The position numbers and the translations under genes are program-made. DNA of 64,000 bases from the NCBI RefSeq assembly GCF_963921235.1, contig NC_086097.1, forward strand, positions 22,446,001 through 22,510,000. The letters run 5' to 3'. Below the pieces are notes generated by a model. That model had not been told where the DNA came from, searched no databases, and saw only the letters and a list, made by a program, of their open reading frames with translations. Shown piece after piece: positions 1 to 12,995 of this stretch (the first letter of the stretch is position 1; the number at the start of each line of letters is the position of its first letter). Origin of the DNA: Mobula hypostoma (taxonomy: Eukaryota).

Positions 1-2640
1 TCTTTGTCGGTTTCTTTGTTGGCTATCGCTGGGACTGTAAAGACCCAGAATATGCTGTCGATTTTTATTTTAGGTATAGTGTTCAACGACATATAGTGTT
101 CAAAATCAATTCTGATGGAGGACTCGATCAGTTTTTGTTTGCACACTCGAAAGTTACAGTTGTTGCTGCAAGGTTGGTACTTGCAGCTCACCGCAACTGT
201 AATATGCTCTTCATCCCTTATTGTTACTTTTCAATTGCTTGCAAACTTGGGTACTGTAGGGTAAATATGCATTTATGGCTCATTCTCAATCACACACTCG
301 AATGGTACTTTTTCAATGACCGGCGACTTCTAAAACGCTGTTAAATTAGAACGTACTTGAAATATGTTCAGTATAAGCACGTGTGTGCGAACATTGCGGT
401 AAGTCGCCCCGATATGAATACTGTACATAAAACTCCAGGTGAAATGCACAGCGTTGGAGAGTTCTGTTTCCATGAATAGTCTTCTTGCCCTCTTCTGCAA
501 TTTTTTAAAATTATATTTCAACACCACAATTATGCGGAGTCTATGGAAACATAAAAAAAAGATAAGCACCAGCCTCAGGCGAGACACTTTGCGCATTCTC
601 TCGGCGCAAGGAGCTGTTAACATCTTTAAATGGTCTCCTGCTCCTCTGGGATCTCACCCATTCCGAGGTCCACGCATGCTACGTCTGCTGTGACCACCAA
701 CCCCGGTGCGACCGAATTTATTCAATACATCCTTGAACAATGGCAATGCAAGCTGGAGCTAATTTGTAAGCTTTAAAAGAATATTTAGTAAATGTATTTA
801 TAGGAACGATATTGCAGCGCCCTGAGAACGGGGAAACAATGGGAACAGTTATTTGCCCTTGCAAATGTTGTGAGTTTATTACCTGAGTGCATTCTACTTT
901 TCTGACCCAAGGTTGCTGAAAGGTGGATTTTTAGAATATGGTAAGCAGAAATAGGCATTCCGACTAGACGACAAACTACGAGAATATACGGCTTGTAGTC
1001 TTCAATTGCGAATCTGTGTATTGGCCATGTTCAGTCAAGTGCTCTCGTACCATCTGGAGAGGTTTAAATTCTCCGTATTTATCTTTTTCGTCGTTTTAAA
1101 TCAGATTGTTTTGCAAATGCCGATTATTAATCGGGGAGGGGAGGAACACGTGGACCGGTTTACCATTGAAATAAATCCAGATTTTAGCGAATATTTGACC
1201 AGTCTTGGCCGGCATGTTACTTCAGCATCGCATTATATGAAAATATTGCGCCTATCTTTTCACTGAGGGGGACATTTCACAATTCGCCCGGTGTTTTATT
1301 TAATGCAACACAACTAACAGAACCCGTTTCCAGAAGATTCGTCAAATCGTTGAAGCATAACTTTTTTTAAAGTGACATAAGTATAAAAGGGGGTTATGCG
1401 CTCAGATACTGGTGAGCTAAATATAAAATATGGTTATTTAACATAAAACATTTTCAGCAAATGTTCGTTTCCACCAGCGAAATATGGACAGTTGTTGATC
1501 TAATTTGATACGCATTTCTCGAATTGCACAAACATTACCAAATGAAGGCGATTGCATTTCAAGAAAAAGAGATGGAGAAAAGCCATCGCCGATTTCCCTC
1601 TAACTACGGGGGGGGAAGGGGAATATCAGGTCAGTCAGTGAGCAATCCCACGTCTTTTCAGACACCTTTTCGCTATTTGAGTGGGTCGAGAAATGTATTT
1701 CTCTGTGAAATACAATAAACGCATACAGTGATTAAGAGAAGTTGGGGGTAGAGGGATGGGTTGGGGTGGCGGGGGTGAAGAAGTTCATTTTTGATCTTAC
1801 CGGAGTGCACTTGCACATTCGTCCTTTGCAAATTGTTAGTCAATAATATTATCGGTGTGCTAATGTGAGGTGCGCATATCTAGTCTGAACACTCGCTATC
1901 GCTGTGTCAGTTCGGAGTTCGAGCGTCAGGCCGAAGAACATAACAACTGGGGTTTAATGTCCCGAGTATAGGAGCTTTAAAGGTGTTTTTTTTTCGTTTA
2001 AGAATACAACACGATATGTTAATGGAAATCTATGCAAATATTTGCATCCCTGCATTAATGATATTATATTAGCGCTTTGAAAGAATATTTTCCAACCTTC
2101 AATGTCACTGTAAAGTGGAGAGGAGGGAAACCCGATACATTTCTCCATTTAATGCAGATGTAGAAAAGGCTTGAAGAGGATTATCGTCTTTTTAATTGCA
2201 TTGCTTTATTTTTGGATCTTTTTCCTAAATATAAATAAGGTGGGTGGGACAAGTTGGGAGGTAGTGGGCGAGCTCCAGAAATTGGGGCCGGGCGCCTTGT
2301 TTATGATCTTTCTGCGAGCGCGCGGCAGAAGCGAGAGCCTTGGTTGAGACGGTGGGGGGGGGGGTGTACGCATGCGCGCGGCGCCCGCGGGAGGCGCGTG
2401 GCGGATGAAAGGAAGGGGCCGCGCGGCACGCGCTCCGGGTTAGGCGGCTCGTGGGCGGCGCGAGGGACCGCTGGAGGCCCTGGGGTCTCGACGCCCACGG
2501 TCTGCGAGTCATACGTGACAGGCGCGGCTCTGCCTCGGCGTTAATTTTAAAGATCGGAACACAGCAAAACCCGAAGTAAAATTATTTCAAAAAATAGATG
2601 TGATCTATGGAAACTCCATCGCCTCATAAATTGCTTCGAG
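1..2640. promoter_or_regulatory. CpG-retaining region with a GC-rich core (~2265-2545); probable promoter/CpG island
   Basis: CpG is frequent here and scarce in non-repeat DNA elsewhere; no recognisable transposons. NRF1-like TACGCATGCGCG at 2367-2378; + strand donor-like GCG|GTAAGT at 399-404. Confidence 0.65.
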
Positions 2641-3199
2641 ACTAAAGAGTCAAGATTTCGGGCTGAGATCTCTCACTAGAAATTTGAACTGTTCACTTTC
2701 CTCCATAGATGCTACCTGACCCGCTGAGTTCCTCCAGCATTTTCTGTGTACTGACTCTGAAAATAAACAAAGATTGACTTTAATCTAGCTGCTTAAAACA
2801 GACTTGTACCTATGTACCTATGCACAAATTTAGTTCGTTGTGATACTGAAGTGCCTAAGAATATCCTGTATATTTATTCACTTTAGAATCTGATGTAAAA
2901 AAAATGTTTAGATTATATTTGTCTCCAGCTCCAGTGCAACTAACATGGCTGACCACAAGAAAATTATTTTAAGATTAAAGCCCACAATTTTAGTGATTGT
3001 CATTGAGGGCTGTGAGCACTTAGAACAAAATTAATGTTGACTAGCAAACTCAAATCATAAACAATTTGCTGGAGTAACTCACTGGGTCAAGCAGTGGGGG
3101 TTGGAAAAGGAGTGGATGTGGAATTATAATAGAAGTTTCAGGTCAAAACCTGTATAAAATATCCACAGTGAGTATTGTGTTCAATTCTGTTTGCCTCAA

Positions 3200-3795
3200 T
3201 ATTGGATGGATGTGGAAGCTTTGGAGAGGGCACAGAAGAGATTTACCAGGATGCTGTCTGGACTAGAGAGCATGCTGTATTGGGATAGGTTGATCAAACT
3301 AGGGCTTTTCTCTTTGGAGTTAAGGAGGATGAGAGGTGACTTAATAAAAGTGTAGAATATGATCAGAGACACAGGTCGAATGGACAGTCAGAGACTTTTC
3401 CCCAGGGCGGAATTGACTAATACATCAGGGCATAATTTTAAGGCAATTGGAGGAAAGTATAGGGGGATGTGAGAGGTAAGTTCTTTACACAGAGAGTGAT
3501 GGTTGTGTGACATGAAATCAAGCTTAGAATAGATGTAATCAGAAATCCACTTGTTCTTAAAGAAATCTTTGGTGGAGGACACTTTTCCATGAATGGTAAA
3601 ATGGTGAATGCTCTGCCAGGGGTGATGGAGGCAGATACATTGTTGACATATAAGAAACTTAGATAGGCACATAGATGATATAAAAATAGAGCACTATGTA
3701 GGAGGGATGCGTTAGTTTGATTTTAGAGTAGGTTGAAAGGTCAGCATAACATTGTGGGCTGAGGGGACTGAACTGTGCTGTAATCTTCTATGAAT
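3200..3795 (+). mobile_element. Degenerate CR1 3' fragment
   Basis: ggatgtggaagctttggagaggg...atttaccaggatgctg... resembles the CR1 ORF2 C-terminus and 3' UTR. Confidence 0.8.
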
Positions 3796-5249
3796 CAGGA
3801 TGGTCCTACTGCTGCATTTTGACAGGAAATGATGTTAGCTACTTCCCCCCAGATGGTGCTTGACACACCATTTTCCTCCAGCAGATCGTTGCTCCAGAAT
3901 CTGGTATCTGTAGTTTCTTGTGTCTCCAGGGAACTGAAGTTATTAGAAATGGAAAGGTAGACTGAATATTTGGTGTTTCTCAGGGATGAAGATATTCCCC
4001 CAACAGCATTACTAGTCATTGTTCTATCTTCTTTTATATATGTATTAATTTGGAACTGATCATTTTGTGCTGCATAGTATGGGTGGATCCAAATTCCCCA
4101 GCAGCATGATTGGAGTGCCTTTCAGTGCAAAATTATGTAATAGCACACCAGGTGGTGACAGAGAGTTTAGAAATTCAACAGGAAAATGTACAGCCTCATC
4201 AATGTCTGTCAATAGTCTTGTATCATACAATTTGTCTGGGTAGCTTCAAGAGAAGATCTTCATTCATAGCTAGTGCTGATTTATTTTATTAGAGTTAAGT
4301 TTGCTCTTTCATACAACCATTGGTAATTCAAATAGAGCTGAGTGACATTTGGGGAAATGGCTTGCTTCCGATCCTGAAATGATGTAACAATTCAGCCCAA
4401 GGCTTTCATCAAAATTGTTCCTGTTATGTCTTTAGGTTTATTGGATGCATATTCTTTTGTAAATGGATTACCTGTCAAATGTGATCACATTTTAGTTTTC
4501 AAGTATAATCATTGAACATTTTCTCAAATATATTTCAATTCATCGGTTGTAGCACCTTGTCGAACTATTGGTAGCATTTGTCAACAATCTCCAGCTAGCA
4601 CTAGAGTAACACCTACCCTTATCTGGAGAGACAAGAGTCTGAAGTAGTTGGAATTTGGAACAGCAGACAATCTGCTGGAGGAGCAGCCTATCAAGCAGTA
4701 ACTGTGAAGGGAAAGGATTTCAGATCGAAACCCTGCATCAGTAAACTTGCTTCTTTCTCTTGGATATATTTGCTTAGCTGGTTTAAAGCTAGATTTTCTC
4801 TTTGTAGTTCAGATAAATCAGAACTACTTAGCCCAGTTCCACCCAAAATTTTAATACCTCAGAAGCACATTGGAACAAAATCTCAGCAATATTCAGCAGG
4901 GAAAATTAAAATTTGGCCCACTGTGGGCAATGGATGGAATTCTACAGTGGGTTTAGTAAAAAATAAAAGGCTGGTGCATATCCTCATGCAAAATTTCAGA
5001 CTTCTAGGTTGTTGGATCATCGAGTAACGTGCAGGACACATGGACATTCTGTTACAAACAAGAGAAAGTCTGCTGTTGCTGGAAATCAAAGTTCCACATA
5101 CAAAATGTTGGAGTGACTTAGCAAGCCAGGCAGCATCTATGCGAAAGAGTAAATAGTGTATGTTTTGGCCGAGACCTATCAGGACATTCTATTATGTAAC
5201 TTCAAATTTCCAGCTGCTTCCGTTCTCTTTTTAATACTTTTACAAACAT

Positions 5250-5935
5250 ATAGAGTCTGAGAGCCTTCAGACTGGGCCTTCAGCCCTTCTAGTCCATACT
5301 GAACTGTTATTCTGATGAGTCTCATTGACACACAACCGGTCCTTAGCCCTCTAGGCCCCTTCCATCTATGTACTTATCCAAAGTTCTCTTAAATGTTATG
5401 ATAACTCACATCTACCACTTCTGCTGTTGGCTTGTTCCACACTCACGCCAACTACTGAGAGAAGAAATTCCCCCTTAGGTTCCCCTTAAATATTTCACCG
5501 TTAACCTATGTTCTTCAGTTCTAGTCCCACCCAACCTCAGTGGAAAAAGCCTACTTGCATTTACGATATTTTTACCTCTCATAATTCTGTACACCTCTAC
5601 CAAATCTCCCCTCATTCTCCTGCACTCCAGGGAATAAATTCCTAACCTATTCGACCTTTTCCTGTAACTCAGGTCCTCAAGATTCAGCAATATCTTTTAT
5701 AAATTTTCTGTGTACTCTTCCAATCTTAGTATATGTTTCCTGCATAGGTGACCAGAACTGCAGCCGGTACTCCAATTTGACATTAACAACATCTTGTACA
5801 ACTTCAGCAGAACATCCCAACTCCTGTACTCAGTACTCTGATTTATGAAGGCCAATGTGCCAAAATATCTGTCTATGGCCCAGTCGATTGTAAGTGTGAT
5901 GCCATTTTCAAGGAAATATGGATATGTATTCCTTA
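5250..5935 (-). mobile_element. Degenerate CR1 3' fragment
   Basis: Minus ORFs LGIYSLECRRMRGDLVEVYRIM and LAFINQSTEYRSWDVLLKLYK. Confidence 0.85.
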
Positions 5936-6484
5936 CATGATTCATATCAAAGCTAATGCCATGCCACATAAAGAGATATTAAAGCTAATAACCAAAACTT
6001 CTAATTAAGGGGGAAGATGTTAAGAATGTCTAAAGCAGAAAAGCCCAGTGGAGAGATCTAGTTTTATTTAAGAATACAATTTGGTAATTGTTCTAAACAT
6101 TGTAATAATTGCATCAGGGATTTTAGTGTTTGGGAAAAGTATTTCCCAGTCTCTGATGTAACTGCAAAGTGGAAAAGTTTACTTACTTTACCATATTTGT
6201 TTATTTAGTGCATTTTTGGGGGGAAGAAGATGGCAGGTTTTTTTTTGCAGAAGAATAATGTATTCTTAATTGGAATTGTCACTTGAGGCTCCCTGGAATT
6301 TTTTGTTCAGTTGCATGGTTTCAGAGGAAAATGATGTTTTTAAAATCAAGAGCAAATGTTTTTTGTTTTGGAACAGAAATAGACTAACCAGGTCCTAAGG
6401 CGTGTTCTCCCAATCAACATTGGCTAATCCTCTCACTCACCTAGATTAGCTCCAGAGTCCTTAATATTGTTATTTAAAAAAAAG

Positions 6485-6850
6485 AATCAGAATCAGATTT
6501 AATATCACCGGCATATGTCATGAAATTTGTTAGTTTTATGACAGCAGTACATTGAAATCCATGATAAATAAATATAGAGAAAAAAACTGAGTTACATTAA
6601 GTGTATGTATATATGTCTATTAAATAGTTAAGTCAAATTAAGTAGAGCAAAATAACAGAATTAAAAAAGTAGTGAGGTGGTGTTCATGGGTTTAAAGTCC
6701 ATTTGGAAATCTGATTTCAGATGGGAAGAAGCTATTCCTGAATTCCTGAGAATGTACCTCCAGGCTTCTGTATCTCCTTCCTGAGGGTAACAGTTTGAAG
6801 AGGGCATGCCCTGGGTGGTGGGAATCCTTAGTGATGATCTTACAAGTTTC
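6485..6850 (-). mobile_element. Rex1/Babar LINE 3' end
   Basis: gaatcagaatcag tail (reverse complement of (CTGATT)n); closely similar to 20429-20800. Confidence 0.75.
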
Positions 6851-7762
6851 TGCAACTTATTTCGATCTTGTGCAGAATACTAGGTTAATATTTTGTAGGA
6901 CTTCTCATGAGGAAAGCCTGGACACTTCATTTAGCTTTACGTAGATTGGAACAATCCTTGAGCAGTTGGAAAAGTTACGTGAAAGCTTTTTGTTCAGGCA
7001 ACCCAATCTAATAGTCTAGCTTTTTATTCAGGCAACCTAATTTAGTCAATCTAAGCAATGCTCCTGCCTGAATAATACACTTCAAATTTATTTTAGATGC
7101 TTGGACAATATTGTAACAAAATGGAAAGTTTAAGAAACCACTGTGTGAAATTTATTGTCAATGTATTTTTTCTGAAAATATTATTCTGACTAAATAACGG
7201 GACTCTTTCTTTTGAAACCCCTCAAAGAAGCTGTTATTTTCGGTGAATCCTTTCATTAAGCCTGTAAGACTGTGATACTAACCCCTCTAAGGCAGCTAGC
7301 TGGAAACCCATTGGAGTCCTGTCAACTACAGTGGCTCACTGTGATGTTTCATATTTAAGAATGGTTCGCAGGTGGATTTTGCCATAGTTTATAGGCTGCA
7401 TTCAAGTACCCAAGGAGAAAGAAGAGGAATTTAAATAATACTTTGCATTTATGTAGCAACTTTCACAATGCTCCAAGCTCAGAAAGGTTACAGAACAGTA
7501 GGAGCTGAAGTCTCTGCAAGCTTGTCACAGAAGCAACAATGCTAGAATGGAAAAATATGGAAAAATAATATTTCTATTCTATCATTGTTGGCCTTGTTGA
7601 CATTAATATCAATATTACATCTTGGTGAGAAATAGAAAAGGATGAACCCTACCTGTAATTAATGGCTTCTTTGTCTCTGATATTTAACTTTGACAAATGG
7701 TTATGGATCACATAGCTAATATAAACATTTATCAATGTTTTTTGGGCCACTCCAACTCAATA

Positions 7763-7826
7763 TACAATGAGTGATTGATAAGTTCGTGGCCTAAGTTAGA
7801 AGGAGTAAATTTTAGAAAGCCTAGCA
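7763..7826. mobile_element. Mariner-derived MITE terminus, cut by a hAT insertion
   Basis: gtgattgataagttcgtggcctaagttagaaggagtaaattttagaaagcctagca is a near reverse complement of ~9238-9294. Confidence 0.75.
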
Positions 7827-8968
7827 CAGCGGTCCCCAACCACCGGCCCGCGGACCGGTGCCAGGCCGCAAAGCATATGCTACCGGGCCGCGAGGAAATG
7901 ATATGATTTGGCGATATGAGTCAGCTGCACTTTTCCTCATTCCCTGTCGCGCACTGTTGAGCTTGAACGCACGCGAGGTTATTACCCACGTGTCATCTAT
8001 GTCAGCGCGGGAAAAAGATCAAATCCTCGAGCTTGCAAATGACGGTGGGCTGAAACGTATGTTTGACATAACATCTCTGCCGGCATTCCAGATCAAAGTC
8101 AAGGCTAAATATCCTGAGATAGCCATGAAAGCATTGAAAATGTTGCTTCCATTTCCAACATTTCTCTGCAATGAATGCAACGAAAACTAAATTGCGGAAT
8201 AGACTGGACATAAGGAACTCCCTTCGAGTATCGCTGTCTCCCATCACCCCTCGATGGCACCGTCTTGTTGCAGGGAAACAAGCCCAGGGCTCCCATTGAT
8301 TCAGCGATATTGGTGTGTTGCAATGATTTTATATGTTCATACGGGGAAAATATGTGCTGTGTGTTTAATATCCAAACGTTACTTAAAATGTTATGATGCT
8401 ATTGACTTATATAACATATAACAATTACAGCACGGAAACAGGCCATCTCTGCCCTTCTAGTCTGTGCCGAACGCTACTCTCACCTAGTTGCACCGACCTG
8501 CACTCAGCCCATAACCCTCCATTCCTTTGCTGTCCGTATACCTATCCAATTTTTCTTTAAATGATAATATCAAACCTGCCTCTACCACTTCTACTGGAAG
8601 TTCGTTCAACACTTACTTCAAGCTCCCCTGTCCTCCCCTGATAATTGACGTATCACTACATTCATGCGAGGAAAATATGCGCTGTGTGTTTAATATTAAA
8701 TTCGTTAGATAAACCCTTTCAGAAATGAAATTGAGTGTATTAGCCACTTATCACCTATATTCCGGTCGTGATTAACACCCCCCCCCGAACAAAATTGCCG
8801 AAAACAATTTGCAGAAAAAATTGGCATGTACACGCATGTGCACACAGATGCCCGCGCAAGGCTTCATGGTCATAGTAGTCTTTCTCTGGGTAAACACAAC
8901 GTATTTGACTGCTACTCTTGTCCGTTGACAACCCTACCCCCCCCCCCCGCCCCCCGGTTGGCCGGTCC
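7827..8968 (+). mobile_element. Non-autonomous hAT (Charlie/Buster-type) element with transposase C-terminal remnant; right TIR missing
   Basis: TIR CAGCGGTCCCCAACC at 7827; preceding 8-mer GCCTAGCA fits the nnnTAnnn target. Peptide KYPEIAMKALKMLLPFPT, then in a shifted frame TKTKLRNRLDIRNSLRVSLSPITPRWHRLVAGKQAQGSH (hAT dimerisation region). Carries a minus-strand CR1 3' piece at ~8412-8612. Confidence 0.85.
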
Positions 8969-8972
8969 AGCT

Positions 8973-9301
8973 GGGGTGATTGATAAGTTCGTGGCCTAAG
9001 GTAGAAGGAGATGAGTTATACAGTTCTCGTTACATGTACATACAGTTCAACTCTTTGAGTGAAAATGCAGAAAGTTTGAAGTTTCTCCTCATCGGCTTCT
9101 ACCTTAGGGAACAAACTTATCAATCACCCCTGCTGTGGACCACTTCTGGAGGTCCAAGACGCTGACTTCTACAAAGAAGGGATCCGTATGCTCCATGACC
9201 GCTGGAATAAGTGGGTAAGTGTAGGAAAAAATAAATGTGCTAGGTTTTCTAAAATTGACTCCTTCTACCTTAGGCCACGAACTTATCAATCACCCCTGGT
9301 A
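8973..9301 (+). mobile_element. Mariner-derived MITE with an extra internal TIR and transposase C-terminal remnant
   Basis: TIR GGGGTGATTGATAAGTTCGTGGCCTAAGGTAGAAG at 8973, inverted copies at 9097-9130 and 9260-9301; 9146-9226 encodes LEVQDADFYKEGIRMLHDRWNKWVSVG. Confidence 0.85.
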
Positions 9302-10718
9302 AATTTTGTTGCGTTGCTGATTGTATAATGTGGTTAGTCAATATATTTTAAGCCTATAAAATGAAATATATTGGCAAATATTTGCTTGAAATTTAATTAC
9401 TTGAATATTGATGCATATCAACAAAATGACAAGTAGATATTGTTATAGTGATCAATAATAGAAGATACAATTATGACCATATCATATATTCAGAAATCAT
9501 TCATTTGTATCAGAAGAGATGGATACAGGAACAGAAATTAGAAAAAAGTGCTTCCTCTTTTGAAAGTATAGCCATTGGTTTCTCTCCTGCATTACAGGAA
9601 ATTTACTATTATTGGTGACTTGACCATGTGAAATCAATGTAGCTGGAAGCAGCGAAAGACTTGAGGATATTTTTTCAAGCAATATGACAAAATGGAATAA
9701 AGATGTTTGATATTTCTTCCGGTGAAATGACTGCACTGATATTTCGAGGCAAAGTTTTCAGGTGGTTATCATAAGATATGGCTACTGTTGTGTATAACTT
9801 GTTGCTTTTGTCCCTTTGGCATAAAATAAGTTTTGAAATATTGTGGTTTTTCCTTTTGTACTACCTTGATGTACTTACGTTTGGAGTGATCTATCTAGAC
9901 GGCATGCAAAACGATACTTACGGCAATTATTAAAACAATTACCAATTAGTTACAAATATCAGTTACTATAGTAACTTGAGGGTATCGGAATGCTCGAGGC
10001 TACAGCTATTTTATACCTAGTATCAAACTGATAGCCTAGTATCTGGGCATGAAGTTACCTCAGGTATGAATATTAAAGTCATCATTCAGTTTCATATTGC
10101 TTGAAAATTTCTTCTGCTGCACCTAGATTGCAGTGTGGAAATGGGCATGAAAAGAATTTTGGTGTTCTGTGACAGGCATTGGAATGATCTCTTAAAAATA
10201 TGTTGAGAGCATTACTCAAGCCTAGGTTGTTCTTAGACCCAGTTACTCACAGTAGTGCATCCTGCTTCTAGTCAGTAAATGGTCAATTCTCTTTTGCCCC
10301 GTGGTCAGATCCTTAAGACATCTTCAGTGACATTATCCTTAGCATTCATCTTTGTCCTTAAGTATAAAACCAGGAATGCTGTTGGTGAGAGCCATCTGGA
10401 GCAACTCAGTGGGCTGAGCAGCATCTGTGGACATAAAGAATTGTTGATAAACACAATATATTCTGCAGATGCTGAAAATCTTGTGCAACATACACAAAAT
10501 CCTGGAGGAACTCAGGAGGTCAGGCAATATCTATGGAGTAAACAGTCAACATTTAAGGCTGAGACCTTAAATGGATTCTGTTCTCAGGGTGTTGCAGCAT
10601 TGATGCAGCATTGCCATGCATGTGTAATGGAATTCAATGGCCAGACTCTCCCAGAACACAGAAAGTTTCTTTGACTCCTGAAATGTGTCATGAAAAGGTG
10701 GTCATTTGGATTTGTTTA

Positions 10719-11404
10719 CAGGGCCTATAAAAGATGTTCACCCCCTCCTCCTGGAAGTTTTCATATTTTATTGTTTTACAGCATTGAATCACAGTGGATT
10801 TAATTTGGCTTTTTTTGACACTGGTCAAAAGAGAAGACTCTTTCATGTCTTAGTGAAAACAAATTTCTACAAATTGGTCTAAATTTATTACAATTATTAA
10901 ACACAAAATAATTGATTGCCTAATTACTCACCCCCTTCTAGTCAGTATTTGGTAGGTACACCTTTGGCAGCAATTGCAGCCTTGAGTCTGTGGATAAGTC
11001 CTTATCAGCTTTGCACATCTGGACACTGCAATTTTCCCCCATTCGTCTTTACAAAACTGCTCAACCTCTGTCAGATTGCATGGGGATCGTGAGTAAACAG
11101 CCCTTTTCACATCCAGCCACAAATTCTCAATTGGTTTGAGGTCTGGACTCTGACTTAGCCACTCCAGGACATCAACTTTGTTTTTAAGCCATTCCTGTGT
11201 AGCTTTGGCTTTATGCTTGGGGTAATTAGCTTGCTGGAAAACAAAAGTTCTCCCAAGATGCAGTTCTTTTGCAGACTGCATCAGGTTTTCCTCCAGGATT
11301 TCCCTGTATTTATTTTACCCTCTACCTTCACAAGCCTTCCAGAGCCTGCTGCAGTGGAGCATCCTCAGAACATGATGTTGTGACCACCATGCTTCATGGT
11401 AGGG
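10719..11404 (-). mobile_element. Tc1 (DD34E, IR/DR type) transposon, 3' part
   Basis: TA|CAGGGCCTATAAAAG end with ~210-bp TIR; minus ORF FVFQQANYPKHKAK...LEWLSQSPDLKPIENLW; truncated by a Penelope-like copy at ~11405. Confidence 0.92.
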
Positions 11405-11954
11405 ATCACAAGCAAAAGAAAATCTGCAGATGCTGGAAATCCAAGCAATACACACAAAATGCTGGAGTAACTCAGCAGACCAGGTAGCATCTACGGAAAA
11501 GATTATTGTCGACGTTTCAGGCCGAAACCCTTTGGCAGGATTGGAGGAAAAAAGTTGAGGAAGATATTTAAAAGGTGGGGGAGGGGTGGGAGAAACACAA
11601 GGTGATAGGTGGATCCTGAAAAGGGAGGGATGAAAGAGTTTGGAACTTGATAGGTGAAAGAGACAGAAGGCCAAGGAAGAAAGAAAAAGGGGGATGAGCA
11701 CCAGAGGGAGTTGATGGATGGACAAGGAGATAAGGTGAGAGTGGAAAAGGGGGATGGGAAATGGTGAGGGAGGGTGGTGGAGGGCATTACCAGAAGCTCG
11801 AGGGATCGATGTTCATGTCATCAGGTTGAAGGCTACTCAAATTAAATATAAGGTGTTATTCGTCCAACCTAAGTGTAGCCACGCCATGACAGTGGAGGAA
11901 GTCATGGATAGACATATCGGATTGGAAATGGGAAGTAGAATTAAAATGGGTGGC
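11405..11954 (-). mobile_element. Penelope-like element 3' end: GIY-YIG C-terminus plus pseudo-LTR
   Basis: Minus translation ATHFNSTSHFQSDMSIH...TLRLDE*HLIFNLSSLQPDDMNID; pyrimidine-rich 3' region; decayed hammerhead at ~11505-11545. Confidence 0.85.
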
Positions 11955-12995
11955 TGCATTTGCTGCTCTTGATGTGGCCTTTTCTACATTGGTGAGACCA
12001 GCTTCAGATTAGACAGCTACTTTGTTGAGCACTCAACTTAGCATGCCATGATTACTAGCCATTTTAACTCTCCTTCCCTTTCTCAGAATGACCTGCCTGC
12101 CTTTGGGCTCCTCCATTGTCAATGTGAGGCTAAATGCAAACTGGGAGGATTGTATCCCATATTCTGCCTGAGTAGTTTACAACCTGATGGCATGAATATT
12201 GAATTCTCCACTTTCAGATAACCTTGTCTTTTTATTCAATAGTTCAATAGTTCCATTTAATATCAGAGAAATGTATACAATATACAACCTGAAATTCTTA
12301 TTCTTCACAGACATCCACAAAAACAGAAGAGTGCCCCAAAGAATGAGTGACAGTAAAAATGCTGGACCCCAAAGCTCCCCTACTCCTCCCATGCACAGGC
12401 AACAACAGAGCATCAACCCTCCCCTCCCCCTCTTACTTCAACAAAAAAATTGCATCAGCACCATCCAGTGACTAAGCAAGCAATAGCAAAACCCCCAAGA
12501 AAGACCAGGACCTGCAGTACAAGAAAAACAAATCATTCTCCTACTCTTTGCAATTCTGTCTGCTCTCCACCCTTCCAGCCTCCCTATCACCCTCTTTCAT
12601 CCCTCCTCTATTCACTGCATCGGACCACCATCCACTCACGCCTTCCACTGGAACCCTTATTGTTCCCATCCCTTTAGTTGGCTCCATGTCCACTTTCCTT
12701 CTGAGATTCCACCATCTGCAGTCCTTCGTTGTCTCCATCCATCACCTTACAGCCTCTGTTGCTACTTTGAACCTTCCCGTATTTCACCTCTCCTCACCTA
12801 CATCCACCTTTCACTTGCTAGCTCTAGCTCCACCCCTTTCACCTCACTTGAGACTCAGTGAGCCGAATAGCATTATGTTGCTCCTATGTCCGGAGAGCCT
12901 CTTAATACTCACCATCTCCCCTCTGTCTTTCAGTCCAGATGAAGAGTCTGACCCAAAATGTCGACTGTTCATTTCCCTCCAGAGATGCTGCAAGA
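11955..12995 (+). mobile_element. Older Penelope-like element 3' end (GIY-YIG remnant plus pseudo-LTR), interrupted at ~12221-12550 by another repeat
   Basis: CICCS*CGLFYIGETSFRLDSYFVEH...SHFNSPS...LQPDGMNIEFSTFR*; decayed hammerhead cagtccagatgaagagtctgacccaaaatgtcgactg at ~12931-12967. Confidence 0.8.

Noticed and set aside
96..2544. Short ORFs in the CpG-rich region
   Set aside because: No recognisable domains; those at 2225-2544 are typical GC-rich chance ORFs.
4704..5027. 107-aa ORF with an internal acceptor-like site
   Set aside because: Starts inside a PLE remnant, has no recognisable homology and only a weak donor.
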